Positions 19,735-29,086 of a DNA stretch of 64,000 nucleotides are shown piece by piece; position 1 is the stretch's first letter; each line of letters starts with the position of its first letter. Source of the DNA: an uncultured Bryobacterales bacterium (GTDB lineage Bacteria > Acidobacteriota > Terriglobia > Bryobacterales > UBA6623); assembly GCA_964461235.1 (NCBI GenBank), contig CAYWUV010000009.1, positions 21,392 through 85,391 on the forward strand, written 5' to 3'. Position numbers and translations under genes: made by a program. A model generated the notes under the pieces. The model had not been told where the DNA came from. It made no database searches and was given only the letters and a program-made list of their open reading frames with translations.

Positions 19735-21210
19735 CTACGCTGCCGTGTCGGGTTCGCCGATCGACGGCATGTTCCGAACCTTCATTGCTTCCGAGAGGAC
19801 TCCTCGCAGTTCTTCAGCCACGGCAAGGTTCTCCGCGAGCACGTTGCGCTTCTCGTCAGGATCAGCCTCCAAGTCGAATAGGGCCGGCCCACTCCCGCGA
19901 TTCTCGCCTCTCCAGTTCTGAAAATAGAGCCACTTCCGGTCCCGCACGCCGCCGAAGGCCCCGTACCCGCTGAAGAGGCGCTCGTAGAGGCGGTCGCCCG
20001 GTTCGTCGATCAAGGGCCAGAAATTCCCCCCCTGGATCCCGCGGAGATCGTCAAGGCCCAGCAGGGACAGCATGGTCGGCAGGTAGTCCATAGGCCCTAC
20101 GAAACCCTCCACCCGCTTGCCCGCCAGAGATAACTCGGGATGCCGTATGGCCAGCGGCAAATGCGTCATCGCCGATGTCAGCAGGGAGGGCGTTTTCTGC
20201 ACGCAGCCAAACTCGCCCAAATGCGTCCCGTGATCGCTGCAATAGACCACGATCGTGTCATCATCGAGGCCCATGGAGCGAATCTTCTCGAGAAAGTGCC
20301 CCACCCAGCGATCGGTGTAGGTCACCTCACCGGCGTAGAGAGCCCGAATGGCTGGATAGTCCGACTCCCGGATGCTGGTGACATCGATGGGATAGCCGAA
20401 TAGGTAGCGGTCATAGTCCCACTGGTCGCGGTACAGCCTTGCGTACGCTGGCGGAGGGTCCCAAGGCTCATGCGGATCGAAGCAATCGATCCAAAGGAAG
20501 AAGGGGCGGTCTCGGGCGCTGCGCTCCAACCATGTCGACGCGGCCCGGAAGACCTTGGCCGCGAAGTAATCGTCCTCGCCCTCGATGCCTCGGGTGTTCA
20601 GCAGGTACTGGCCCATCTCCTGCCGGTACCGTTCGCTGTCATGATGGACCGGGTAATGCCCCGCCGGGTCGACGGAATCGAACGGCCCGTTAATCCAGAG
20701 GTCGTTTTCCTGCCCGCGGATGAACTCGAAGCTGTCGAAACCCACATGGAAGTTCATCCCGGGCTTGAAATAGTGATAGATGTCGGTGATCAGTCCGGTA
20801 CGGTAGCCCGCCTGGCCCAGGATTTGCGCAATCGAGACATCGTCAGCGCGCAGAGGCCTCCACCAATTGTCCTTCTCATGCAGGATGCCGTACCCGGTGA
20901 AGAACTGCCGTCGGATCGGCAGCGTCGGCAAGGCCGCGGCGTAGCTGTCCGCGAACACTACGGACTGCTGAGCGAATGCGTCCAGGTTCGGTGTCTTCGC
21001 TGCGGTGCCTCCGTAAAACCCCAGATGATCCCGTCGCTGCGTGTCGCAGCAGATGACGATCAGGTTCAGCCCGTTGCTCTCGGGCAGCGGCCCGTCCAAC
21101 GGCGACTCGCGGCGAACCCGCACGGACGGCGTCTGGCTCGAAGAGCAGGCTGCCAGGCCTCCCCCGCCCATCGCCGCCAGGAACTCGCGTCGGCTAGTAT
21201 TCCGTGTCAC
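19735..21210 (-). CDS. Sulfatase-fold (alkaline-phosphatase superfamily) protein lacking the Cys/Ser formylglycine precursor (Thr instead)
   Basis: 491 aa. Tat + lipobox signal MTRNTSRREFLAAMGGGGLAAC. Sulfatase N-terminal block NLIVICCDTQRRDHLGFYG...TPNLDAF. The active-site segment reads YAAALPTLPIRRQFFTG, where canonical sulfatases have C/S-x-P-x-R. A C-terminal block CSDHGTHLGE is also present. Confidence 0.75.
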   Translation of the reverse strand: MTRNTSRREFLAAMGGGGLAACSSSQTPSVRVRRESPLDGPLPESNGLNLIVICCDTQRRDHLGFYGGTAAKTPNLDAFAQQSVVFADSYAAALPTLPIRRQFFTGYGILHEKDNWWRPLRADDVSIAQILGQAGYRTGLITDIYHYFKPGMNFHVGFDSFEFIRGQENDLWINGPFDSVDPAGHYPVHHDSERYRQEMGQYLLNTRGIEGEDDYFAAKVFRAASTWLERSARDRPFFLWIDCFDPHEPWDPPPAYARLYRDQWDYDRYLFGYPIDVTSIRESDYPAIRALYAGEVTYTDRWVGHFLEKIRSMGLDDDTIVVYCSDHGTHLGEFGCVQKTPSLLTSAMTHLPLAIRHPELSLAGKRVEGFVGPMDYLPTMLSLLGLDDLRGIQGGNFWPLIDEPGDRLYERLFSGYGAFGGVRDRKWLYFQNWRGENRGSGPALFDLEADPDEKRNVLAENLAVAEELRGVLSEAMKVRNMPSIGEPDTAA

Positions 21211-21291
21211 GGCGAGACTGTATCACAGCACCGTCGAATCTCCCTCGCCACGAAGCAGTTGGATGGCGGCAACCCCTGCTACCCTATCGCC

Positions 21292-22491
21292 ATGCCGATC
21301 CTAGTCCTTGGTGCCGCAGTCGCGTTGCTCGCGGCGAGCAACGCGGCGGGTGCCATTGAGTTCCGCCACCAGGAGATCGATACCCAGCTCGGGATCGGAT
21401 ACGCGGTCCTCTGCGAGGACGTGGACGGCGACGGCGACACGGATATCGTTGCGCTGAGCGAGACACAGGTGGCTTGGTGGAGCAACCCGGAATGGGAGAA
21501 GAGGGTCGTCCTTGACGGGCAGACGGAAGCGGACAACGTTGCGATCGCCGCGCACGACATCACGGGCGATGGCAAGCTCGACTTCGCAATCGGGGCAGCC
21601 TGGCGTCCCAGCGACACACAAGGCGGAGGCACTCTGCAATGGATCACCCGACAGCGCGACGAGGAAGCGGAGTGGGCAGTGCACCCTCTAGGCAACGAAC
21701 CGACGACGCACCGAATGCGCTGGGCTGACACGAATGGCGACGGACAATCAGAACTGATCGTCGCCCCGCTGCACGGCAGGGGTACGAGCGGACCGCAGCA
21801 CTGGGTGGGAAACGGCGTCAGGCTGCTGGCCATGACGCCGCCATCCGACCCCGTCAGAACCCAGTGGAGGCAGGAAGTCATCGACGATTCGTTCCACATC
21901 GTCCACAACTTCTGGGTGCTCAACTTCGACACAGACCCTGCAGACGAACTACTGATCGCCTCCTACGAGGGGGTGCACCTGCTGGACCGCGAATCGCCCG
22001 GGAACTGGGAGCGCATCCGCTTGGGCCAGGGCTTCCAAGGCGACTCGATCCGCGGCGCGGGCGAGATCAAGCTCGGCACGCTGGCGTCTGGCAAGCGGTA
22101 CATCGCAACAGTTGAACCCTGGCACGCCAACCACATCGTCATCTACCACGAGCCGGCCGAGCCGCGTGCGGCGTGGCACCGGACAGAGGCCGTCACAAGG
22201 CTGAACGGAGGTCACGCGCTTTGGACAGCCGATCTGGACGGCGACAAAGACGAAGAACTGGCCTTCGGCTGGCGCCTGAAAGGCAGCATGCCGTACGACC
22301 GACCGGGCGTGGCAGTCTACGACCCAGGCAAAGGGGATATCCAAATCGTCGACTGGGGCGGCATGGCGACCGAGGACCTGACCATCGCGGATCTCAACTC
22401 CGACGGCAAGCCGGAGATCGTGGCAGCCGGCCGCGCAACACACAACCTCAAGATCTACTGGAACGAAGGGCTGAAACCGGAGATCGACTGA
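21292..22491 (+). CDS. FG-GAP/VCBS-repeat (integrin-alpha-like propeller) secreted protein
   Basis: The true start is the ATG at 21292 (MPILVLGAAVALLAASNAAGA). The upstream 274 codons of track ORF 20470-22491 are antisense to the sulfatase-like gene. Repeated Ca-binding-type loops: DVDGDGDTDIV, DITGDGKLDFAIG, DTNGDGQSELIV, DLDGDKDEELAF, DLNSDGKPEIVAAG. Confidence 0.8.
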   Translation: MPILVLGAAVALLAASNAAGAIEFRHQEIDTQLGIGYAVLCEDVDGDGDTDIVALSETQVAWWSNPEWEKRVVLDGQTEADNVAIAAHDITGDGKLDFAIGAAWRPSDTQGGGTLQWITRQRDEEAEWAVHPLGNEPTTHRMRWADTNGDGQSELIVAPLHGRGTSGPQHWVGNGVRLLAMTPPSDPVRTQWRQEVIDDSFHIVHNFWVLNFDTDPADELLIASYEGVHLLDRESPGNWERIRLGQGFQGDSIRGAGEIKLGTLASGKRYIATVEPWHANHIVIYHEPAEPRAAWHRTEAVTRLNGGHALWTADLDGDKDEELAFGWRLKGSMPYDRPGVAVYDPGKGDIQIVDWGGMATEDLTIADLNSDGKPEIVAAGRATHNLKIYWNEGLKPEID

Positions 22492-22524
22492 ACCGCCACA
22501 GCGGCCTTCCTGGGCAGCAAACTC

Positions 22525-23037
22525 CTATCCGGACAGGCTGTCCTTGTGCATGTTCACGATCGCGCCAAGCTGGGCCGCGTGGTGCGAGTCGTGCCAGGCC
22601 ATGAACTCGATCTGAGACTGGAGGTCACGGATCGAGAGCCGCTCGTTGGTGGTGGGCCGGTCAAGGTCCTCATCACTGAGTCCAGCGATCACTTCGCGCA
22701 GCGCCCGCCGGCCGCTCGAGAGCCGCTCGTAGACGCTTGAGGGGTCGGGATAGTGGGACAAGTCGTCCAGGCAGGGGCTGCCGTTTCCGAACAGTTCCTT
22801 CCAGTCGCCCAGTGGGTTGCTTTCGAGCTCCTTGTAGAGTCGCAGGGAGCCCGCCTCGTAGAAGGCCAGATGGCCGGCGATCCACAAGCCATGGGGGCCA
22901 CCGGGCCGGAATCGGTTGGTCCAGATCCCGTGCTCGGCAATGTAATCGAACTGGGTGCCACTGACTCGCCAGGCGAAGTCGGTGCGGGCTAAGACTCTTT
23001 CAAGGCGCCCATATGGTGCGTCCGTGATGCTGCTCAT
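22525..23037 (-). CDS. DinB-family (DinB_2) four-helix-bundle metalloprotein
   Basis: 170 aa with His triad-type strings: IAGHLAFYE, ...FMAWHDSHHAAQLGAIVNM. Confidence 0.7.
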   Translation of the reverse strand: MSSITDAPYGRLERVLARTDFAWRVSGTQFDYIAEHGIWTNRFRPGGPHGLWIAGHLAFYEAGSLRLYKELESNPLGDWKELFGNGSPCLDDLSHYPDPSSVYERLSSGRRALREVIAGLSDEDLDRPTTNERLSIRDLQSQIEFMAWHDSHHAAQLGAIVNMHKDSLSG

Positions 23038-23361
23038 TGGCTTTCCCCCGCGACTCCTTGGAAAGACGCTCCCTGGAATGGTGCAGGGCGGCAGTTCCCT
23101 GCCCAGTTCCTACCTTACCGCGCCCCGATCCCCCCGAGGTTCCAGCCTGATCCAATAGGGCATCTCCTCCCCGAGGCGAAACTGACCATTCGCGTCCCCG
23201 GGAAGTGAGGCACACACCAACCTTGAGGGAGATGCCGAGAGGGTTGGGGACGTCTTCGACTCGTGCGGAGTCCGACCGGAAGCGGAACGGACGGTGTGTC
23301 AGGAGAGTACCGGGAGCCCAGTTCGAAAGCGGGAAGCTACCCGATCCGCCGTTTGGCTGGA

Positions 23362-24507
23362 TCAGGTTAGTCCGGTCAGCGCCGACAGCAGTCCAACCGT
23401 CCCTGCGCCGGCAATGATCCATGCGGCCGGCCAGCGAGCTAGGAACAGGGCGGCAGCGGCACAGACCGCAAAGATCCAAGCCGGGACCGACACGAGCGAG
23501 ACGCGGGCGAGGTCGATGGCAACCGCCGCCATGAGTCCCACTGCCGCCGCATTGACGGCGTCGAGGAAAGCGGCACTGACCCGGGAAGTCCTGACCCGGC
23601 GGACCAACGGGTTGAGAATCCAGACGAATCCGAATCCGGGCAGGAAGATCCCGGCGGTCGCTACGACAGCGCCCGCCCAGCCACCAATCACGTAGCCCAG
23701 AAATGTTGCTGCGGTCAGAACCGGGCCGGGCGTGAACTGGCCCACAGCGATTGCGTCCAGCAGCTGCTGCTGGGTGACCCAGCCATAATCCTCGACCAGC
23801 CCTCCTTCAAGGAACGCAATCAGGACGTATCCGGATCCGTACAGAACGCACCCCACCTTGAAGAAGAACAGGGCCAGCTTGCCGAGACCGGCCTCCTGCC
23901 CCTGCGCGGCAATGGCAGTTCCGGGCATAGAGAGCGCCAAGAGCATCCCCGTCGCGGCACCGCGAGGCAGCAGGAGTGCCAAGCCGCCGAGGATACCGCC
24001 TGCCAGGAGCGCCGGGATCTCGCCGATTCCGGCCAGGACCGCGAGAGCGACCGCCGTTGCGATCACCGCGAGGCCCGCGTTGGAAACCGCCTTGCGTCCG
24101 AGTTTGAATACAGCGCCCAGGATGACCACAAGGACGGCGGGCCGAACCCCCTGAAGGAACGCCTCGGCGCTGGGAAGCGTTCCGATCTGCACGTATATGG
24201 ATGCGAGCAGGGCAGAAATTGCCGCCGCCGGCAGGACGAAGCCGAGCCCTCCGGAGAAGAGTCCCAGTGCCCCTCCCCGATCGTACCCGATGTGCATCGT
24301 CATCTCGGTCGAGTTGGGACCTGGGATCAGGTTGGTGGCGCCCATGAGGTCGAGGAAGCGTTGTCGCGACAGCCATCCGCGACGCGAGACGAACTCGTCC
24401 TCAAGGAGGGCCAAGTGCGCAGCAGGCCCGCCAAATGCAATGCAGCCGAGGCGCAGGAAGGCAGCCGCGATCTCCGGCAATCGCTTGATTGATTCCCTGA
24501 CGGTCAT
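23362..24507 (-). CDS. chrA: Chromate ion transporter (CHR family, fused two-domain ChrA)
   Basis: LGCIAFGGPAAHLALLEDEFVSRRGWLSRQRFLDLMGATNLIPGPNSTEM, and a second-half repeat FFFKVGCVLYGSGYVLIAFLEGGLVEDYGWVTQQQLLDAIAVGQFTPGPV. I place the start at MTVRESIKRL (complement of 24505-24507) to avoid overlap with the upstream sulfatase. Confidence 0.85.
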   Translation of the reverse strand: MTVRESIKRLPEIAAAFLRLGCIAFGGPAAHLALLEDEFVSRRGWLSRQRFLDLMGATNLIPGPNSTEMTMHIGYDRGGALGLFSGGLGFVLPAAAISALLASIYVQIGTLPSAEAFLQGVRPAVLVVILGAVFKLGRKAVSNAGLAVIATAVALAVLAGIGEIPALLAGGILGGLALLLPRGAATGMLLALSMPGTAIAAQGQEAGLGKLALFFFKVGCVLYGSGYVLIAFLEGGLVEDYGWVTQQQLLDAIAVGQFTPGPVLTAATFLGYVIGGWAGAVVATAGIFLPGFGFVWILNPLVRRVRTSRVSAAFLDAVNAAAVGLMAAVAIDLARVSLVSVPAWIFAVCAAAALFLARWPAAWIIAGAGTVGLLSALTGLT

Positions 24508-24544
24508 GCCACGCCGGTCCAATACGGGGGGAGTTCCCGGGAGC

Positions 24545-26008
24545 CTACCGTCGCCACGCTTCCATGTCCGGGCGGCGCGGTCCCGGGTCGAAGAAGCGCG
24601 CTTCGGAGCCGGTCCGGTCATAGTCCCCGAGCTCGGAACGCACCTTCTCGACCGTCTGCATCATGCGCTCCACAATCGTCGCGTGCTGCGCGGCCACGTT
24701 CCTGCTCTCGCCCCAGTCGACCCGAAGGTCGTAGAGCTCAGGTTCCTCGACCGCGTCGATCATTCGCCCGTACCAAGTAGTCCAAGGCGGATCGGCCGGT
24801 CGCTCGATGACGAGTTTCCAGCGCCGGTCGCGGATTGCCTGCAAGTAGGTGTAGCCGAAATAGAAAAAGTTCTCGCGAGGGCTTCGTCCGGAGCGGCCCT
24901 CAAGCCATGGCCAGAGGTCCACCCCGTCGAGTCTCCGGCCGCTAGGAAGCGGAGCCCCGGCGAGGCGAGCAAAGGTCGGCAGCAAGTCGAGAGTCGACGC
25001 CATTTCGTCGCTGACCTGCCCGGCGGGAATCCGGCCGGACCAGCGGAAGATCCCGGGAACTCTCAGACCGCCTTCCCACGTGGTCATCTTGTAGCCTCGC
25101 AGCGGGGAGGCGCTTCCTCCGTAGTCCCCTAGATGGCCCTCGATCCACGGGCCGTTGTCAGACGTGAATACGACGAGCGTGCTTCGCTCGAGACCCAGCC
25201 TCCCCAGAGCATCCAGTACTTCCCCCACGCTCCAGTCGAGTTCCTCAATCACGTCCCCGTAAAGGCCTCGGTCGGATCGTCCCGCGAAGCCGGGGGATGC
25301 GCCGAGTGGGACGTGAGGCATCGTGTGGGAAAGATACAAGAAGAAGGGGCGGTCGCGACTCCGCTCGAGGAACCCAATGGCTTCCGCGGTGTAGCGCCTC
25401 GTGATCAGGTTCAGATCCGTCGGGCTTTCAAGCACCTCTTCATTGCGCATCAGTTCGGTCTTCCAACCTCCCGGGTCGACATCGCGAGTGGTGCCGTTGT
25501 GCGAGGGCGTGCCGAAGAAGTAGTCGAATCCCTGGTTGTTCGGAAGCAATTCCCTTTTGTACGGCCCCGTTCCCGGTCCCCTCTCGCGCGCCCCGCCTCC
25601 GGCCAGATGCCATTTGCCGACCAGGGCGCTCACGTAGCCCTTGGCCTTCAGGACCTCGGCGATGGTCTCTTCCTGAGGATGCAAGATGGTATGCGGTCCC
25701 TTCGTGTTACCCGGCTCGGCAAGGCGGATCGGATAGCAGCCCGTCAGCAGTGCCGCACGCGATGGACCGCAGACGTTCTGGGCATAGAAGCTCGTCAATC
25801 GGATGCCTTCCGCGGCCATCCGGTCCAGATTCGGCGTCCGAATATGGCGGTTCCCATAACAGCCGAGATCCCCGAATCCCAAGTCGTCGGCGAAGATGAC
25901 GATGAAGTTGGGCCGCTCCTGGGCTACAGCCGGGACGCAGAACAGCGCCAATGCGAGCGCGCCCGACGCCACCCCTCTTGGATGCATTCCAAGCATTGTA
26001 CTGCCCAC
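24545..26008 (-). CDS. Arylsulfatase-type sulfatase (Cys-type, canonical CxPxR)
   Basis: 487 aa with a signal peptide. Sequence NFIVIFADDLGFGDLGCYG...TPNLDRMAAEGIRLTSFYAQNVCGPSRAALLTG. Also KWHLG and FTSDNGPW blocks. Confidence 0.9.
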   Translation of the reverse strand: MGSTMLGMHPRGVASGALALALFCVPAVAQERPNFIVIFADDLGFGDLGCYGNRHIRTPNLDRMAAEGIRLTSFYAQNVCGPSRAALLTGCYPIRLAEPGNTKGPHTILHPQEETIAEVLKAKGYVSALVGKWHLAGGGARERGPGTGPYKRELLPNNQGFDYFFGTPSHNGTTRDVDPGGWKTELMRNEEVLESPTDLNLITRRYTAEAIGFLERSRDRPFFLYLSHTMPHVPLGASPGFAGRSDRGLYGDVIEELDWSVGEVLDALGRLGLERSTLVVFTSDNGPWIEGHLGDYGGSASPLRGYKMTTWEGGLRVPGIFRWSGRIPAGQVSDEMASTLDLLPTFARLAGAPLPSGRRLDGVDLWPWLEGRSGRSPRENFFYFGYTYLQAIRDRRWKLVIERPADPPWTTWYGRMIDAVEEPELYDLRVDWGESRNVAAQHATIVERMMQTVEKVRSELGDYDRTGSEARFFDPGPRRPDMEAWRR

Positions 26009-26025
26009 TAGGCAGATCTCGATTG

Positions 26026-26460
26026 TTATCGGGAGGTGGACCTAGGCACGACCGGGAGGCGCGCCACAAACCAAATGCCGTAGGCCCCGGCTGCCGCCAC
26101 GAGCACCTTGGCCGGCCATGGAAGGCCGCCGAACGCGATCGAAAGGACTACTGCGATGGTGCAGCCGCCTAGAGCAAAACGCTTCACCCCCGGCTTCAGT
26201 CCGCGGTGCTCGTTCCAGTCGCGCAGGATCGGTCCGAACGTCCTTGATGCGAGCAGGCGGCGGTGCAGCGCCGGAGACGATCGAACGAAGAAATAGCTGG
26301 CTACGAGGAGGAACGGGGTTGTGGGGATCCCGGGCAGGGCGACCCCCAGAGCTGCCAGCGCCATGAACACGCACCCCAGCCCGACCAGCATCCAACGGCG
26401 GAATGCATTCCCGATCCCCTTCGGCTTCCCGGTCCGCGGCGTTTCAAGGCTCGATGACAT
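26026..26460 (-). CDS. DUF454 (YbaN-like) inner-membrane protein
   Basis: LGCVFMALAALGVALPGIPTTPFLLVASYFFVRSSPALHRRLLASRTFGPILRDWNEHRGL. The start is taken at MSSSLETPRTG (complement of 26458-26460). The track ORF extends to 26598. Confidence 0.75.
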   Translation of the reverse strand: MSSSLETPRTGKPKGIGNAFRRWMLVGLGCVFMALAALGVALPGIPTTPFLLVASYFFVRSSPALHRRLLASRTFGPILRDWNEHRGLKPGVKRFALGGCTIAVVLSIAFGGLPWPAKVLVAAAGAYGIWFVARLPVVPRSTSR

Positions 26461-26648
26461 CGGGTGGACAGGTGGGCAGAGGGGCATGCAGCCAGTTCGG
26501 GCAGGGCCGGGGTCCGGCGGGCATCGCACGTCCTTCCAGCGTACCCCTAGTCCCTGATCTGCCCATCCGGAATGTCCCTCTAAGGGGGTCGTCGCCAAGC
26601 AGTATCATGGGCGTTCGTGCGGCGACGGAGCCGCTTGGACAAACATTC

Positions 26649-28157
26649 ATGAGAATCAATTCCAGACCACCGCGCCCCGAAACGGCGGCATTGCGTTCCC
26701 TGGTCATCGCTGCTGCCATCATGACAGTGGCGGTCCCGTGGCCGGCGTCCGCCCAAGCGGCCCGAGCAAGCGGACCGAACGTTCTTTTTATCAGCATCGA
26801 CGACCTCAATGACTGGATAGAGCCGCTAGGCGGCCACCCGCAGGCAAGAACTCCGAACCTGCAGAAACTCGCGGAGCGCGGGGTGACCTTCACGAGGGCG
26901 TATTGCCAAGCACCGTCGTGCAACCCTTCGCGGACCAGCCTAATGACCGGGCTACGCCCGTCCACGACAGGGGTCTACGGCAACACGGATGCGTGGCGCA
27001 GGACGCTGCCCGACACAGTGACCCTGCCGCAGCATTTCATGCTGCACGGGTATGAGGTGCTAGGAGGAGGCAAGACGTTTCATGGCCCGCAAAACGAATC
27101 GGAGTCGTGGGAAGCCTACTACCAATTCAAGGGATTCCTGCACCCGCCAACGACTCCTGCGAACGGTATCCCGAACACCGCTCACTTCGACTGGAGCGGC
27201 ATCGATGCAGACCCGGCCGAGACCGCCGACACGAAGCTCGCCGCGTGGGCGGAGGACTACCTGAGCCGGAAGCACAACCGGCCGTTCTTCCTGGCGGTTG
27301 GATTCTACCGGCCGCATCTTCCCTGGTTCGCCCCGCAGGAGCACTTCGCGTTGTTCCCTCCGGACCGCACGGAACTGCCATCGGTTCTCGATGGTGACAC
27401 CGACGACGTCCCGAGATCCGCCCTGCGAAGCTTCCGGGACCACAACAACGTGACAGCCCACGGAGAATGGCGGAAAGCAGTCGCCGGCTACCTCGCCTGC
27501 ATCAACTATGCGGATGCCAACGTGGGCCGGGTGCTTAGGGCGTTGGACCAAGGACCGAACGCCGACAACACCATCATCGTGGTCTGGAGTGACCATGGCT
27601 GGCAACTCGGCGAAAAGAAGCAGTGGCGCAAATTCACTCTCTGGGAGCGTTCCGCTCGGGTTGTGATGATGCTGGCCGGACCGGGCGTGTCAGCCCGGAA
27701 CCGCAAGAGCGGGCGGACGGTCGAACTGCTTGACCTCTACCCCACCCTTGTCGACCTTTGCGATCTCCCGAAGCGCCCGGAACTCGAAGGCCGAAGCCTC
27801 AGGCCGTTACTGGCCAACCCTGACGCCCCATGGGACAAGCCCGCGATCACCAGCCTGGCTCAGAACAGGGTCAGTGTCAGAACCGAGCGCTACCGCTATA
27901 CCCGGTACCAAGACGGCGAGGAACTCTACGATCACCAGAACGACCCGCTCGAGTGGTCCAACTTGGCCGGAAACGCGGACCACGCCGAGACCAAGGCACG
28001 GCTGGCCAAGCTGCTTCCGAAGGAACCGGTCGATCGTACCGGGATTCAGTTTTCCGACCTGACGGAATCGGAACGCCGATTGGCAGACATCGAGGAAGGC
28101 CGCTTCCGTCAGTCCGATCCAAACAACTTCGTGGGACTTGAGGAAACAGTGGAGTAG
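26649..28157 (+). CDS. Sulfatase (iduronate-2-sulfatase-like, Cys-type CNPSR)
   Basis: The internal ATG at 26649 (MRINSRPPRPETAALRSLVIAAAIMTVAVPWPASAQA) gives a signal peptide. Sequence NVLFISIDDLNDW...TPNLQKLAERGVTFTRAYCQAPSCNPSRTSLMTGLRPS, and a VVWSDHGWQLGEK block. Confidence 0.9.
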   Translation: MRINSRPPRPETAALRSLVIAAAIMTVAVPWPASAQAARASGPNVLFISIDDLNDWIEPLGGHPQARTPNLQKLAERGVTFTRAYCQAPSCNPSRTSLMTGLRPSTTGVYGNTDAWRRTLPDTVTLPQHFMLHGYEVLGGGKTFHGPQNESESWEAYYQFKGFLHPPTTPANGIPNTAHFDWSGIDADPAETADTKLAAWAEDYLSRKHNRPFFLAVGFYRPHLPWFAPQEHFALFPPDRTELPSVLDGDTDDVPRSALRSFRDHNNVTAHGEWRKAVAGYLACINYADANVGRVLRALDQGPNADNTIIVVWSDHGWQLGEKKQWRKFTLWERSARVVMMLAGPGVSARNRKSGRTVELLDLYPTLVDLCDLPKRPELEGRSLRPLLANPDAPWDKPAITSLAQNRVSVRTERYRYTRYQDGEELYDHQNDPLEWSNLAGNADHAETKARLAKLLPKEPVDRTGIQFSDLTESERRLADIEEGRFRQSDPNNFVGLEETVE

Positions 28158-28231
28158 CGACGGCATCGGGACTATAATCGAGGCGGTTCCAACCGCAGCT
28201 GGTTGATTGCGACGGAGCCATTGGAGGTTCC

Positions 28232-29026
28232 ATGATGTATATCTCGCGAAGAGAACTTGCCGCGCTGCTCACCGCCGGCACGGTATTCGCGAAGACAGAC
28301 GTCCGCACGGCCACGGTGGAGACTGTCTTCGACTCGCCCGGTCCGAAGCCGAATGGGCTGCAAGCGACTGATGAGGGACTATGGATCCTCGATCAGGGCG
28401 ACAACCGGGTGTACTTGGTGGACTACGCCAATGGCAAGACGTTGCGAGCGCTGGACACCGACACTAAGGCCGGTAGCGGAATCACGTTTGACGGTGAGGC
28501 CTTGTGGACAGCGTCGACATACAGCCGCGAGATCCTGAAGATCGACGCTCATTCGGGCAAGACGCTTGCACGCTTCGACTCCCCCGGGGCGGGTGTCGTT
28601 GCGTGGACGGTAGGCCGCAGGAGTCCGCTGGCACCTCCTCCCCCACCGGCCGCGACATCCAGCCCACCAGGAAGGCGAAACGCCACCGGGGCGCACGGCA
28701 TGGAATGGCGAGACGGAAAGCTCTGGGTGTCGAACCCTCCGTCCCAGTTGATCTACCGGATCGATCCAGTCCAGTTCCGAGTCGAAAAGAAGTTTGCCAC
28801 CGCCGGCAACCGCCCGCACGGTCTGGGATGGGAGGGCAAGTGGCTCTGGTGCGCCGAGTCGAACGAGAACGCCTTCTTCCGGTTCGATCCCGAGACGGGG
28901 ACGTGGGACGCCAAGATCCAGTTGACGGACAGCGATCCCCTGCCCCACGGGATGACGATCCGAGACGGCTGGATGTGGTATTGCGACGATGTCGGCATTG
29001 TCTGCCGTCTCCGCCTCGAGACCTGA
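28232..29026 (+). CDS. Exported beta-propeller-like protein of unknown function (possibly glutamine-cyclotransferase-like fold)
   Basis: 264 aa with a Tat-like N-terminus MMYISRRELAALLTAGTVFA. Repeated G.LW / DG..LW blade-like strings: DEGLWILDQGDNRVYLVD, DGEALWTAS, DGKLWVSNP, EGKWLWCAE, RDGWMWYCDD. The family assignment is weak. Confidence 0.4.
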   Translation: MMYISRRELAALLTAGTVFAKTDVRTATVETVFDSPGPKPNGLQATDEGLWILDQGDNRVYLVDYANGKTLRALDTDTKAGSGITFDGEALWTASTYSREILKIDAHSGKTLARFDSPGAGVVAWTVGRRSPLAPPPPPAATSSPPGRRNATGAHGMEWRDGKLWVSNPPSQLIYRIDPVQFRVEKKFATAGNRPHGLGWEGKWLWCAESNENAFFRFDPETGTWDAKIQLTDSDPLPHGMTIRDGWMWYCDDVGIVCRLRLET

Positions 29027-29086
29027 GCCATCCGCACGTTCAATCCCAGCAGCGCCTCCTGTGCTAGAGAATGAGAAGGCGGTGCC

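Noticed and set aside
23265-23300. SRP-RNA-like GGAA hairpin (GTCCGACCGGAAGCGGAACGGAC).
   Set aside because: It lacks the conserved helix-8 symmetric and asymmetric loop sequence (AGGUCAGGUCCGGAAGGAAGCAGCC-like) and the long flanking helix. The resemblance is limited to a GGAA-containing loop.
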